64,000 bases of DNA, taken from the NCBI GenBank assembly GCA_017499595.2, contig CM039009.1:1178001-1242000 (forward strand), given 5' to 3'. This document shows positions 24,916 to 39,530 of the stretch, piece by piece. Source of the stretch: Psilocybe cubensis (lineage: Eukaryota). The position numbers were made by a program, and so were the translations under genes. How positions within the stretch are numbered: the first letter of the stretch is position 1; every line of letters begins with the position of its first letter. The notes beneath the pieces were generated by a model. It made no database searches and was not told where the DNA came from. It was given only the letters and a program-made list of their open reading frames with translations.

Positions 24916-27083
24916 ATGTCAGGCGATCGTCCTCCGTATTTTGGACTCACGGGCGCAACTCTCAATGTATGGGTCACTGTAGCGTGCACAACGGCTATGA
25001 CACTATTCGGTGAGCTGGAAAATGACGCATATATCAACTTGATATTCGGCTGAGTACAATCTATTTTTTATTCAGGTTATGATCAGGGCGTGTTCGGTGG
25101 AATCATTGTCACGGACGACTTTTTGAAGACTATGGGTAATCCAAGTCCAACTCTTCAAGGGACCATTGTGTCATTGTATGATATCGGATGGTATGTGTTT
25201 GATGATTGTCCGATTGTACGGGTAGGTTTTGATATGGATCATCAACAGTTTTTTTGGCGCTGTATCTACCTTTGGATTTGGCGAGAGGTTAGGTCGGAAA
25301 AAGACGTTCTTGATTGGGGTGACGATCATGTCTATCGGGGCGATCCTTCAAACGTGTTCATTCACAGTGACTCAAATGATTGTTGCGCGTTTGGTGACTG
25401 GTGAGTTTTTATCCTTTTTGAGATATCAATCAAACAGTCTGACCCTGCACATAAAGGTGTTGGCAATGGGTATGTTATCTTCGCGACATTTCTTGGCGAG
25501 GAGCCCATATCTAATCCATTCTATCTTTCTTAGGATAAACACTGCCACTGCCCCTGTATGGCAGAGCGAAACCTCGAAACCCAGCTGGAGAGGCAAATTG
25601 GTCGTTTTTGAAATGATGTGCGTATCACATTCCCCTGTGCACATAATTAATCATTGATGTGATAGATAAATGCAGAATGAATATCGCTGGCTTTTCGTTG
25701 AGCAATTGGATGACGTACGGTTTCAGTTTCACTCAAGGAAGCATTGCTTGGAGGTTTCCTATCGCCTTTCAGCTAGTGTTTTCAATCATTTTAATTTCGA
25801 CTATTCCATGGCTGCCCGAAAGTCCACGCTGGCTTCTGGCACATGGATACCACGAAGAGGGCGTTAATGTTTTGGTAGCCCTGGAAGGATCACATGCGAC
25901 ACCTAAAGATGAGCTGATCATTAATCAAACTGAAAATATTTTGGAAGCCGTACGCATCGAACAAGAAACCGCACCAAGTTGGCGGGATATTCTAAAAGGA
26001 AGAACCGGTAACACTGGAATGATCCAAAGGCTAATCCTTGGAGGAGGTGCGGTAAATCAATTAAGAGTAACTCCAAGAAGCTTACGATGACTTCCGTTGA
26101 ACAGGGACACAATGGATGCAACAGCTGGTTGGCATCAATGTTACGAGCTATTAGTCCGTGTCGTTTTCGTACTTCGCTTAAACTTTATTGACTTCAGTCG
26201 GACGATTAGTCTCCCTCTTGTCCTGCAGAATTCCGTAGGATTGTCAAACAACTTATCTCGACTACTCGCGGCCTGCAACTCTGTTTCATACCTGTTTTTC
26301 TCTTTTGCTGGGCTGCTTTTGATTGAAAGGGCTGGCCGAAGGAAACTAATGATGTGGGGTGCGGCAGGTCAATGCGTGTGCTACATCTTCATATCGGCAC
26401 TACTCTCTCAAGCGAATAATCCCGCCAACGGCGCCAAATTTGGAGCAGGAGCGACAGCGTTCTTCTTTCTCTATTATGTATTTTTTGGGATATGTTGGCA
26501 GGCACGACATGACGTTTTTTCATTTACGATATCCACTCATGTTTTTTTGCAACACGCAGGGAGTGCCATGGTTATACCCGACGGAAATTAATAGCTCGGC
26601 TATGAGAACGAAGGGAGCAGCAGTTGGTACTGCATCTAACTGGTACTATTGGTCAATGTATCACTCCATCTAAACCATTATGCCTGACGTCGAAAATGCA
26701 GGATTTCCAATTACATCGTAGTGCAGATTACACCGTCTGGGATTGCTAATATAGGCTGGCGTTTCTATCTCATTTGGGTGGTGTTCAACGCTATTTTTGT
26801 GCCGGTACGTTGCCTCCGTTATCTACTTGATTCGATGTTTAGGAACCCACTGTACTTCTAGCTTGTCTGGCTCGTGTATCCAGAGACATCCAACCGTCAG
26901 CTCGAAGACATCGACAGGTTGTACCGAGACAATAAGTCGATGATCTTTGTATTCAGGAACAAAGAGGCCACTCAAGTCGAACGCCCTCAGCGATTTATAG
27001 ACGCTGACCAGGCACGAATTAGTATGCTCGCGAGGTCAAAAGAGAAGGACCAGGGCACCCCTGAAGAAAGCATCCAGAACTGA
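24916..27083 (+). CDS. MFS sugar porter, STL1-like (glycerol/polyol:H+ symporter clade)
   Basis: PPYFGLTG...LFGYDQGVFGG, GERLGRKK, ARLVTGVGNGINTATAPVWQSE, WRFPIAFQ, PESPRWL, QQLVGIN, GVPWLYPTEIN and YPET. Confidence 0.93.
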
Positions 27084-27830
27084 CTGCAATTACACAATGC
27101 AATGTGTATTTTGTGTTAGTGCAAATGCACATGCCTCGGCTTTTAGGTTTAGTTTTTGTTTCCGACTCCTGTCAGTTTCGATTGCCGAAAGATAGAGTCC
27201 TCGTTGGCTCGCGCTCCATTTTTCCAACCGGCATGAGAAAAAGCAAGTGGAGGTGGGACGTAGGAGAAATGATGTGAGAGAGAAAAGCGTATGGAAGATT
27301 GGTGTATACAATATTAGTCGTCCATCTTAATGCCACCCACTGCAAGTCAATGTAACTAAGTGTATGAAAGTGCATCATTCCTGTGGATTCTATTGTATTC
27401 ATACATGTTTGACAAGTTGGATGAAATTCGGGAGCGCGGAAATTCATGTGGCTGTGCACTCATGAGCCCTAAAAGAGTAGAATTTCGGCGGCGTAAAGAA
27501 AGCAATTTGTTCTGTCTCCTTCGTCGTCTCTCTCGTCCACATCCTTCAAGACTTTTCAGGGTTTAGCGCCTTCAGCACTCCACTTACTCTGTTCTGACCC
27601 TGCATATACGCCGCCCATATCCCCAGTGCGTTCAGGGCATATCCGGTTGCACGCTCACTGCCACTGATCCCCATCCCACCGCCGCACACCAGATACCCCG
27701 TGCTCGCACCGTTCTTAGTTCCTTTAGCTGTCTTTCACTCTTGTCTTCAAACCACTATCAGCAGCAAAACAGTCTGCTTTCCCACTGCCCATTCACATCG
27801 ATTTGCAGCTCTCTTTGACCTCGGCAACAC

Positions 27831-29618
<1,788 letters not shown>

Positions 29619-31427
29619 TCAATGGCGTTTCCCCTCACGTACAGGCTCTTATTTCTCGCTGCCAATATCTGTACTCGCGCGCAGTCATCCAATCCTCCGT
29701 CACATGTCCTTTTCCTTTGCCGATTCACCGACCGTCTAAACCATTCACTTCACTTCACGATTCATCACAACGTCAGTATTCCCATGCATTTTTTTCACAC
29801 TCTTTACACATTTCATTCTCTTCCAACAAGTTCAATAATTTCAGTACTCCTCCATTCACAAACAAAAATATAACAATCCATTGCATTCCGCTTTCGTTGG
29901 ACGTTTTCCACCCTTTCTCTAAGTATGTTTGTCACTATGAACGCTGTTGTTTTTCTTTTGTCAGTTGCAATCTCAGACTTTTGTGGGGTTTCATTTTCCC
30001 TTCGTACTGTAATGGGCCAATATTTGTTTTCATTTTCGGTTGGCATCGAAGCAACCCCCAGCATCTTTACCCTTGATATTTTTAATTTGGGCGTTCACAT
30101 TCTCATCCTCTGAATCTTTCGGGTATGGAGGTCTCTTTTTTTGGGCGCCCCTCAAGTAGAATTTTGTATTGCCCCACATGTTTTGTTTCCGCGATAACAT
30201 CAGTTTGTACAGGTGGAATGACGCGCGCAGAGATCAAAGATGTCAATGACGTTTCCCGTTGACGATCTTGACTCGGTGCTTACCTTGAGGCCTGCCTCGA
30301 GTTCTGGGCTCCTGTGGGCTCTTTGGCTGGTGGTTATTAGGTACATTCAATTGCTATGAGTCACTCTCTCGAGTAGACATATTTATGTAGACACGTGTAG
30401 ATTTACGACTATCTAACTTACTTTCAGATGACTCGACTGAATTTTCGCTATAAATAGTTTGCCAAGGTTTTTTTTGCGACCGAAGTAACTGGGAAATACT
30501 ACTATAGTGATTCCTCTTTGAGTGAACTTTTAATTTGCGCCATCAGAAAGTTGATCGAAAACCTGTATACGCCTTACTGGACGCCATCTGCGTTTTATCT
30601 TTAAGTCGTAAATGCACCGCTGGGACGGATGGTACACGTAAACAGCTGGCGCTTATCTCAACAGTTAGCCATCTTGAAGGCTGTATACGTAGGCGTTTCC
30701 TATTCCTATGACGTTTCGAGTACCAAAGAGTATGATTCTGCTCATTTGTTTATGCAAGGTTTATACTTTGATTGATACGCATTTTATAAGGTGAGTCACT
30801 CGCTTTACTTGGATATTTGGCATCTAATCTGCTAACCCAGGGCATCGTTCAAGTTCATAAATCGTACGCAAGTTCGTTAACAGTACACGGAAGACGCGCA
30901 AAGCTGCGGCTACACAGTGATCCCCCTGCAGAGGTATACATGAGTCGTCCGATTACTCTATATCACATAACACATCAGTCAATACTTGGTTCAGGTTATT
31001 CAGTCAAGAGCAAACACCGCAGAGGGGGACGTAAAGGCACATGAGTGCCGTTCGGGTAAAAATGGCAAAAAATAAATTAAAATTCGATTGTTTGCTTCCA
31101 AGGTTCTGTTATACACTGAGCGGCGACCGATTGGAATTGTGGAGGTACATAACATCTACTCATGCAAAATACATCGTTACGTCCAAAAACGTTCAAATAG
31201 GCTCGTTTTAAATACCATTTCCCCCCACGTTCGTACATTCTTTGACCTTTGATATGATGGTACCAAGCTTGACCGACCAAGGTACGTCTCACACCAGGTA
31301 ACATTAAATATCTCTCTTCTTACGCAATCACGCCCTTACTTTTTTACCCTATCTGTCCCCAGTTCACTCGAGCCTCCTGCAAACCGAAAACTCTCTAGCA
31401 GGCAGACACTTCCTCCGCGGAACTTCA

Positions 31428-31941
31428 TGGCGCAAGAAAAAGACCTGGTACTAAGCTTCTTTGCAATGCATCGTCAACTAAGTGGTTGCGGTACATCATA
31501 GTTGGCACCATCCGCGACACTTTCCAAGCGACATCTGCGGGAGTATTTTCAGACACGGACAACGGAGACGCAGTGCAAAATTCTTGCTTCAAAATAACTC
31601 TCCTGCCACCGCTAGAACACGAAGGGTTTATGAAGGACTTTAATAAAGTGGAGGATTACGTCGACATCTTGGTTACTATTGTGAGACTTCCCGCTAGCTT
31701 GGCCCAGTCTTTTGTCAGAGAAGACCTGGAGGGCATACCATCAGAAACATTGGATACAATCAGGCTTACACATAATCTTAGTAAATTCTCTGTACTCGAT
31801 GTCGCATGAAACAAAATTTTGGACGAGGAACAACGTCGCAGTTTCTTAACAAATGCGTTGGTAGAGTTAACCTTCGTTCTACGTCACACCACCGCTCATG
31901 GCCTCATTGCCGAGTTCGAAACAATCAAGATAATTAAGTAA
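31428..31941 (+). pseudogene. Possible degraded gene for a small lineage-specific protein
   Basis: ORF 31486-31809 stays open for 43 more protein-like codons after the TGA at 31807 (…NALVELTFVLRH…IKIIK*). The upstream ATG and donor do not splice cleanly in frame. Confidence 0.3.
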
Positions 31942-34582
31942 ATCTAGACAGTATTATAAAAATCAGTAGAGAAACCAGTCTGGGATGGCATGATTGTCTC
32001 TTCATTACACTCGGAAACCGCGCATCATATCCGCCCCACAGAAAAAACCAATTGAGTACATGACTATTTACAGACTAGCAAAAGTAACTAGCATATTTTT
32101 ATCTCATGATTACATTAATACTATCATCTTATTCTATCAATGTCGAAGTGTTGGCCACTTGACCTCAGCTTGACCTCATAGATTGTCAAAGAATTGAATC
32201 ACAGACAGCGACGTGAGCGTAGAAGTTCAGTGTTGAAGTGGAGCGGAAGTTAGCCGTGTGAACTTTCTAGCAGCCGGTGATATCGATTCAGAACCCTTCA
32301 ACGGGTAGATAACCAGAAGCATGTACAGGTTTAATTCTGAACGAATTCAGGCACCCTTGTCAATGTCAGGTCGCGACGAAGACGCGTCAGTGTCACGCGC
32401 TTATAAGGCATCAAAACGTCATGTGCGCCACCGGCAACTTGCGGTTCTCGGCGCCTGTCCGGCGCTTCTTCATAAAACGACTACAGCCTTTACTTTGGAG
32501 AAGATAATCATATTGTGGGCTTTATGACAATAATTTAGGTTAAATTGGTTACTTCTCGCCGCTTATAGTTTATAATGATAGAAACCAGTGGAACTCTATC
32601 CTAATATACATCCCAAGAAACATGCCATTAGATCGTGGCTCATGGACCTTTTCGACAACAGACTGGTCTTTCATTCTTAGAAGCCCTAGCTTGATAGTAT
32701 ATATAGATGCTTCCAATGGTTTAAAATGAATGAAACCAAAAATCAACATCTGCAACTTCCTCAAGACCTTTAATGGAGAGTAATGGACACATGAATTGAA
32801 GAGAGAAGCCTGCGTATGGAACTTGCTCTTCTAAGTTGAAGTACTGTTCCGCGTTTACGAATAAAGTGTGATATAGTTGAAGCAAGACTGTGCCGTTGAG
32901 ACCCTGGTCCATTGCTAACACAGTGGCGTAAGTATCTTAGATGAAATATTGATAATGTGATGACACCCCGTTTTTCAATGATAGAACACTGAGGGATGAA
33001 AAGCCCTAAAAAGCCGGCATCAGATAACTTGTTCTATAAATTCTGAATGCACTATAACATTTTATAAAGCCTAACCAAGTCATTCAGCCATTAGGTGTTT
33101 TGTCCCTTGTTTAATTACAATGGCAACAACATCCAAGTCAAGTATTCCTTTGTCAAGCTTCACCTATGAGTAGATTTTGACTGTGGGTAGTCATATCATG
33201 ATACATAGTAGCTTAGACTCTTTTTTGTCCAAGGTCCGATTGTCAATCTCAAGTAATCGGCTGACTCGTGCGGATTTAGCGGCCACCTCAGCCAACCTCT
33301 CACTGTCAAAGATGCTCTCGACATATATGGTGTAGTTTATTCTCAGACCAGATAACTAGAAGCCTCAGCGGCCGCCAATGTAGCTGAACATGAACTAAAA
33401 GGTGAATGTGGCTTGTGACATTTGGCCCAAATAAGCAGTTTGTGATCGATGGGCCACTGCGCTCGGTCCTTATACTAGCAAAAGCAAACATTGATGACAT
33501 AGTTCCCGCAGCATCGCCACTCCCACGAGGAATTCCAGGCCCATGTACAACTTTACCTGCAGTTTCACCTCGTTTTGGACTTCTTCCTCGTCTCTAGCGC
33601 CCTTCACCCAACTATATCTCAACAACGATGTTGAAGGTCTGACAAATTTGGTTATTACGGCCTTCCATATTATCTCCCCCAGCTTTATGACTTCAAAGGG
33701 ACCATTATTGCTGGCAGCTCAAACTTTCGAATACTCGGTTTCAGCCTCCTTGTAGCCTCGTGTCCTGCTTGTCGGTCTTCAGACGTCAAGAATAACCTAC
33801 CAAATTCCCACATGCATGGCGTGGTGGGAAATATGTATACTATGATCGATGAAAGGCATCACTAAATAGACACAGCGTACTGCGTTGGGAGTCATATACG
33901 CTTGTTTAACTATTTTACTTATACGTTTGTCCCACCATTGCTTGATTGAATTACGTTCCCTGATTATTCCCCAGCTCCTTTGAGGATAACTATCATGCCA
34001 AAAAAATCCATGTGGGGCGCGATAGCGGACTGATAATTTTTGATATCCAATTTGGTTGTCTCGCCACCCGTAAATGAACCGCCATCGCCCATTCATTGTT
34101 CCATATTTAGGCATTCTGAAATGCATTCGTTGAACAATTGAATGCTGTAATTGTGTAAGACAACATAAACCTTTGCTTTGACCTTGAATGGAGCTTCCGA
34201 AAGTACAATGCCTTGGCCTTTTTGAAGCAAGTCCACTTCACAGTCGCCGACAATGCCGGTTACCACTGAGAAGCACATCCTTGGTCCGCAAAAAGGTGTG
34301 TCTTTGTGGCATCGCTGCGTCCGTTCAATATCAGGCCAATATGATTGTTGTTATTAGGAATGGTCCGTATGCGGAGTTGGAAGCCCCGCATTCTGGCCGA
34401 TGATCTTATCTGGCATCTAAAGATGGCTTGTCAGAAGCGTCAGTGATCCAAATATATTCTCGCTTCCGTGTTGGCCTCATTGTAAGGATGCAATAAGGGT
34501 AGCCACTCCTTGAATGTATAAATATCGGAAAATCAAACCCTACATCACAGCATAAACCCTCCCTCACTAATTATATCTCAAT

Positions 34583-35300
34583 ATGGCCTTTAGAGTTCGC
34601 TACGTTCCACTCTCTCCTCAAGGCTCTAAACCTCGGGCGATGACCTCTGAAACAGAACTCAAACCCTTCGAGTTTGTCCCACTGTCGCAGGATATCATCA
34701 ACAAAGCAAAGTGAGATCGTATTTTCTTAGCTTACTCAGATGAAAATGACTGATAAGCCTTTCTACTTCAGAAAAGGTTTCGAGGACCTCATCAATGAGC
34801 TATGCCCACTCCCGACCCCTGAGCAGACCTCATTTGCGCACAATGATTTCTCCAATTTTGCCTCCACGTCGACGTTCCCGATCGATGACATGCAGGTCTC
34901 GCCTCCATTTCTTCAACCCGACTCCTTGTCAGAAGAGCAGCATCAATTTTATTCCTTGCTGGATCAAATTGCAGGATCTGAATTCCCTAGACTCTATCCC
35001 ACACAGGATTCTTCCGACGTGCAAATGAGTACAGACACCATCTTGGACAAGTTTCCTAGCTTCGAAGGTGACATGACCTGGAATCTTACCGACGAACAGC
35101 TTATGGAGCTGGGGAGTTGGGAGATATCTCCAGACAATATCTTTGTTCCCGAAACTGCGTCTGAGCTCGAGGATTTTGCCACGCCCGTGGATACGTCAGA
35201 CCTGGAAAACATGAGAAAGCAGATGGAGGAACTTGAGCGACAGTTTTACGGGGAGCAGAACCAGATACCATTCGAGTTACCGGACCTGAGCGAGAAATGA
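34583..35300 (+). CDS. Hypothetical acidic low-complexity protein, 2 exons
   Basis: TATAAAA at about 34517 and ATG at 34583. Intron 34711-34771 (GTGAGA...CTGAT...TTCAG) splices in frame to ORF 34740-35300. The product is D/E/F/P/Q-rich. Confidence 0.6.
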
Positions 35301-36025
35301 TTTGTTTTCAATCCCCACGCCTTCCTCACGACCCTTTCTTGACGGTATACGACGACGACACGAATCAGCATAGCAGACGCACCTAATCCTCACTGTACCT
35401 ATATCCAATTTCCACACGACGCGCAACTCTGTATCATCAGCCACCTAGCCATCACCTTGTGTTAATATATCTGTATCTGTATGTTCACTTGAAGTTAGAT
35501 GAGGTTCGTCAATGCATCTGTACAACCACCACCAAATTAATACTATATTTTTATTTATTGGTTACACTGTACCTATGACTGAGTATGAGTAGTGCCGCCC
35601 ATCGATCATAATTGTCGCAGCATTCCTTATCTGCGACGTTGCAACGCAGTAAGAACAACCGGTTGATAGTTGACAGCCATCGAACGTAGCTCTTTGTGCA
35701 CTGTGAGGCCTGTAGGGAGCGACAACGGTGCTCAAAATACCGGCACCAAATGACGGACTGCGCCGTTGACAACAATCCGTTAGAGATGATGAAGCCTCTT
35801 GAGGTCTACGAAGAGACTGCGGTCGGTGACAACTCACCGGCATAAGTGCCCAAAAAATGGCTGTACGCGTCAAGCGCTGGGAGAACACGGTCTTGCCCAT
35901 GCACGCAATTTCGAAACACCTGCTAGACCTTAAAAAAAGAGTGACTAGTCGTTGAAAGGGAGACATTATCCACCCAGATTCCACCTCTTTCACTATTAAT
36001 TAGATCCTTTGTCAAGCACCACGCA

Positions 36026-36905
36026 ATGTTGTCGTATTTTATCTCTTTTGTGGTAGTGTTCAGCACCGCAGTCTGTGCACAGAACAGCGGAAACAGTCCT
36101 ATCGCACCTATTCAAAAATTTTATTCCTCGGACTTTGTCAATCCAACTCCTCCGAATATAACGAATGAGTTCCGCGCCAACTATATGCAGGTCAGAACAC
36201 CCCATACGACATCCGTTAAGAGAGCTGACCTATCCCATTTCTATAGCATAAATTCGACGTCAACGTAAATCATATAGTCAGCGGTTTTGTGAGCGCATTA
36301 TTGAAACCCCTATTCGAAAAATTCATTATTTCCTTTAGATATACGTAAGCCCTAGCCAGCAAAAAATACGTGTAGATGGAGCGGCGGATGGGTCATTGGA
36401 AGTTAGCTTATTCGACTTCAAAAACACCACAGCGAATGGTACACAAGTCTCCAATTCCATTATGTCCTTCGTAGGCGGAGCAACGGAGCCTGTATGCTCT
36501 TCCTTTTTGTTCGTCCATTCAACTTTGGGTTCCTGTAATCAATATGGAATTGACGTTGACGTATACTTAGCGTCGAGCCTTTTGTCCAGCTTTTCCCGGA
36601 GAATTTTTTGTCACAATCGAATGCAGTGTTTGAGGGAATTCAACATGACGATATATACGGACCTGTTACTGCCTGGACATTTTCAGTAAGCACGTCATTA
36701 ATGACTGCAAGATAATACTGACGACAAGGATAATTTGTAGCAAGGGAGTACCCTTAAGATCACGTTTTTTCTAGATTCCACAAACAGATTGGTCAGGTTT
36801 GATTTTGCGGCGTCGAATACCCTTCGGACGTTTGCCACCACTCGATTTTTCAATATTATACCGGGCCCAATTAATTCCACAGTATTCGAAACTTCTTGTC
36901 AATGA
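36026..36905 (+). CDS. Secreted glycoprotein of about 215 aa, possibly LolA/ependymin-like beta fold, 5 exons
   Basis: Signal peptide MLSYFISFVVVFSTAVCA and four in-frame GT-AG introns. N-glycosylation sequons NIT, NTT, NGT and NST. Ends TTRFFNIIPGPINSTVFETSCQ*. Confidence 0.7.
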
Positions 36906-37799
36906 CGATAGTTATGACCAGTGGAAGGAGTCGACGCTAACTGGAAAGCATGACGCTTGATGGCGGGAGCGCTTGGATGCGACTGTGGAGTATTGGGAGT
37001 ATTATGCCAAGCCGCAAGTAATACGCTGCGTGCAGTGTAATTTTTGAGATAGAGTGTACCGTGTTAAAATGGCGATACCGGAGTGTACTTTGCGGTAAAT
37101 CCTGGCAATTGGGGCAGTAGATTGGCCGCCGATTGATTGAAAAAATATGACTTGCGGTTCTCGCTCTGGTTTGCCATAGAAATGAGTGTTCTAGACGAAT
37201 ATTACTGTTAACCATATTGTTAAGGCAAGGCTTTCAAGTCATGTTATTAGAAAAGGCCTTGAGTTTGAAGGAGAGTGGGAAATAGTAACGGAAGTTGGGG
37301 TCCATTTCGGCAAACCCAGTTACTGCAAGCCGCAATACTCCACCCTCCGTTCGGCAGGCAATCCTCCACGGTCGACCAACATCCCTTCATTCACTAGATA
37401 ACCTTCTTGTTACATCGTCCTCGTCGCTCGTCATTGAAATACTACAACGCCATTCATCGGAGTCTTGCAACCAATGATCAAGAAATCAAAGTGGACGCAC
37501 CTTACTGTTGTCGACCTAGTATTATATTTACTGCCACCGCCAGGCAGTGTTCTAGGTGGCGAAACAAGACATAGCGGAGGTGTGATTGGAACAACCTGGA
37601 GGATTAGGAGGCGGCCTTGCAGAGGAATGAATAGGCATGTTATACAATGACTCGCATCAGCGTAGATAGAAATTCACTCGCCCACATGATCCTTTAGAAA
37701 TGCCCTTCAGTACGATTCGATATCGAGACAATGAGCCAGCTCTCCAATATCTGGAAACGCCATGTCAATCTGGTTTTTCGTAGAGGAGCAGCGTCAGCT

Positions 37800-38190
37800 C
37801 ACAAAGACAACTTCGAAGACCGAAAGGCGTTTGAGGCAATGGATGGGCTATTAGAGTCGAAGAAGGAAGTTTTCCGCCTTTACAGCTCGTCAGTTATACT
37901 CGACACGATAGCGTTCATCATTACATTGCACTAAAGCTCAACCTTGCAGGCGTTGATGAAGCCAACCAAGGGGGCTGAATTTGGCGGTCATAATATTCAC
38001 AAAGACTCCCTCGAAATCCAAAAGGTTGTTGAGGCAATGGACGAGCTGTCATAGTCGAAGAAGGATATTATCCGCCGTCACAACTCGTCAGTCATACTCG
38101 ATATGGTACTGTTCACCATTACATTGCACACAAGCTCAACCTTGCAGGCGTTGATGGAGCCGACCTAGGTGGCTGGTTTTGGCGGTCATA
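37800..38190 (+). repeat. Two diverged tandem copies of a 198-bp unit (probable decayed repeat-coding pseudogene)
   Basis: CACAAAGAC recurs at 37800 and 37998. Shared blocks include GAGGCAATGGA, AGTCGAAGAAGGA, CATTACATTGCAC, AAGCTCAACCTTGCAGGCGTTGATG and TTTGGCGGTCATA. Confidence 0.9.
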
Positions 38191-39039
38191 GCATGCAGCT
38201 TAGCTGCCGCCGTCCAGTTTGTGTGCTGCTTTGCCATGATTGCTGGTCGATATTTGGTGGGTTTCAGCGCTCAGCGGTCAAAGGTCTAACAAATGGTATA
38301 CCGAAAACAACTATAGCTGATAATACTTACCACACGTAGGGGTATGTTGTCTGGACCTCCGTCTCGAGAAACAATAGACTTAAAGGTGTTGATGAGATAT
38401 AATCCTCCTTCACAACTATCAATTAAAGTCGGGTGAGTTCCGATATTAGATATTGTCAAGAAATGTACGTTTACAGCATATGCAATTCAAGGTGCTCACC
38501 GCAAGCGATTATTAACGTTTTTTTCTTGTTTTGAGTGCCACGCGCACAGTAGGTTCCAATAGGCGGCAAACAAAGCTTCCTCGAGTGGCGGGCACCCGGT
38601 TGGTGAGGGTTCTCAGCAGTGACCTTAGCTTCTGCAGCGGGACCCAGAGCATATCTTGTGCATCACAACTTCCGGTACAGCAGAAGCTTTACAATGGATG
38701 GGAGTCTGTATGGAAGAGGCTGACCGAATCTTGTCACACTGATAACATGGATGCATTGGTGCCTAGCATCCAGCTGCATTCTCGATGCAACAAAAGTGCT
38801 GGCCTGGCATCAGTGGGGCCACAACTAAACCACTCAAAGACTACTCACAGGAATAACCATCAATAACCTGCTCAATAGTTGGTGTAGTTCACAATATGTG
38901 CTAATAGGGAGCCACAAAGATTGTCATGGGGTGAGATGAGACCTAGACCATTGCCTAATTACCATGCTGCAATCATAGGCAGACATTCTCCATTCCCATG
39001 GTAATGTCCTTTGCCACTTTGCATTGATACAATGGTCAG

Positions 39040-39530
39040 TGTAAAGGACAACACGGGCATGAGAGTGTCTGCCATTGGATGGATGGGTTCGCAATGGGTG
39101 ATCTGGGCCGGTGTGCGTGCGCTACGATCTCAAAGAGGACCAAGAATCGTCGCTCATCCAACGTTGTAGCGTTGGGGGTTTCAGGTAAGTTGCATATATG
39201 TATGGGCAATAATGGTCCTTACCTCTTGACGCTTTTCAAAGTTCTACAGATTCCACACCATCCTGATTCCCTACCCGATGCCCTCTCATGGTGATCTAGT
39301 TTCCAGACCGAAGGCGAAGAGTGGTCGAGGAGTCTGGCCCCCATTTATAGGCCTGATCACTCCACATCGTGCACAGTGACCATGAATAAACGTTCTCGAA
39401 GGTTGTATAGCGCATGAACAAGCGGTCACTGGACATAGGACCTTGGGTAAGTGGCTGACATGTTGGGCGAAGTTCGCAACCCAGGTCACAGCGAAACAGG
39501 CACATGGCGTCCAGTGACAATTTTGTTACA
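39040..39530 (-). mobile_element. Possible solo LTR or retroelement remnant
   Basis: 491-bp segment bounded by TGTAA...TTACA, with a minus-strand CCTATAAATGGGGG TATA-like motif at about 39344 and CpG-free DNA on one flank. No target-site duplication is visible. Confidence 0.3.

Noticed and set aside
24916-27083. STL1-like transporter as part of the DenD/aldolase cluster
   Set aside because: It is about 18 kb away and separated by six unrelated genes.
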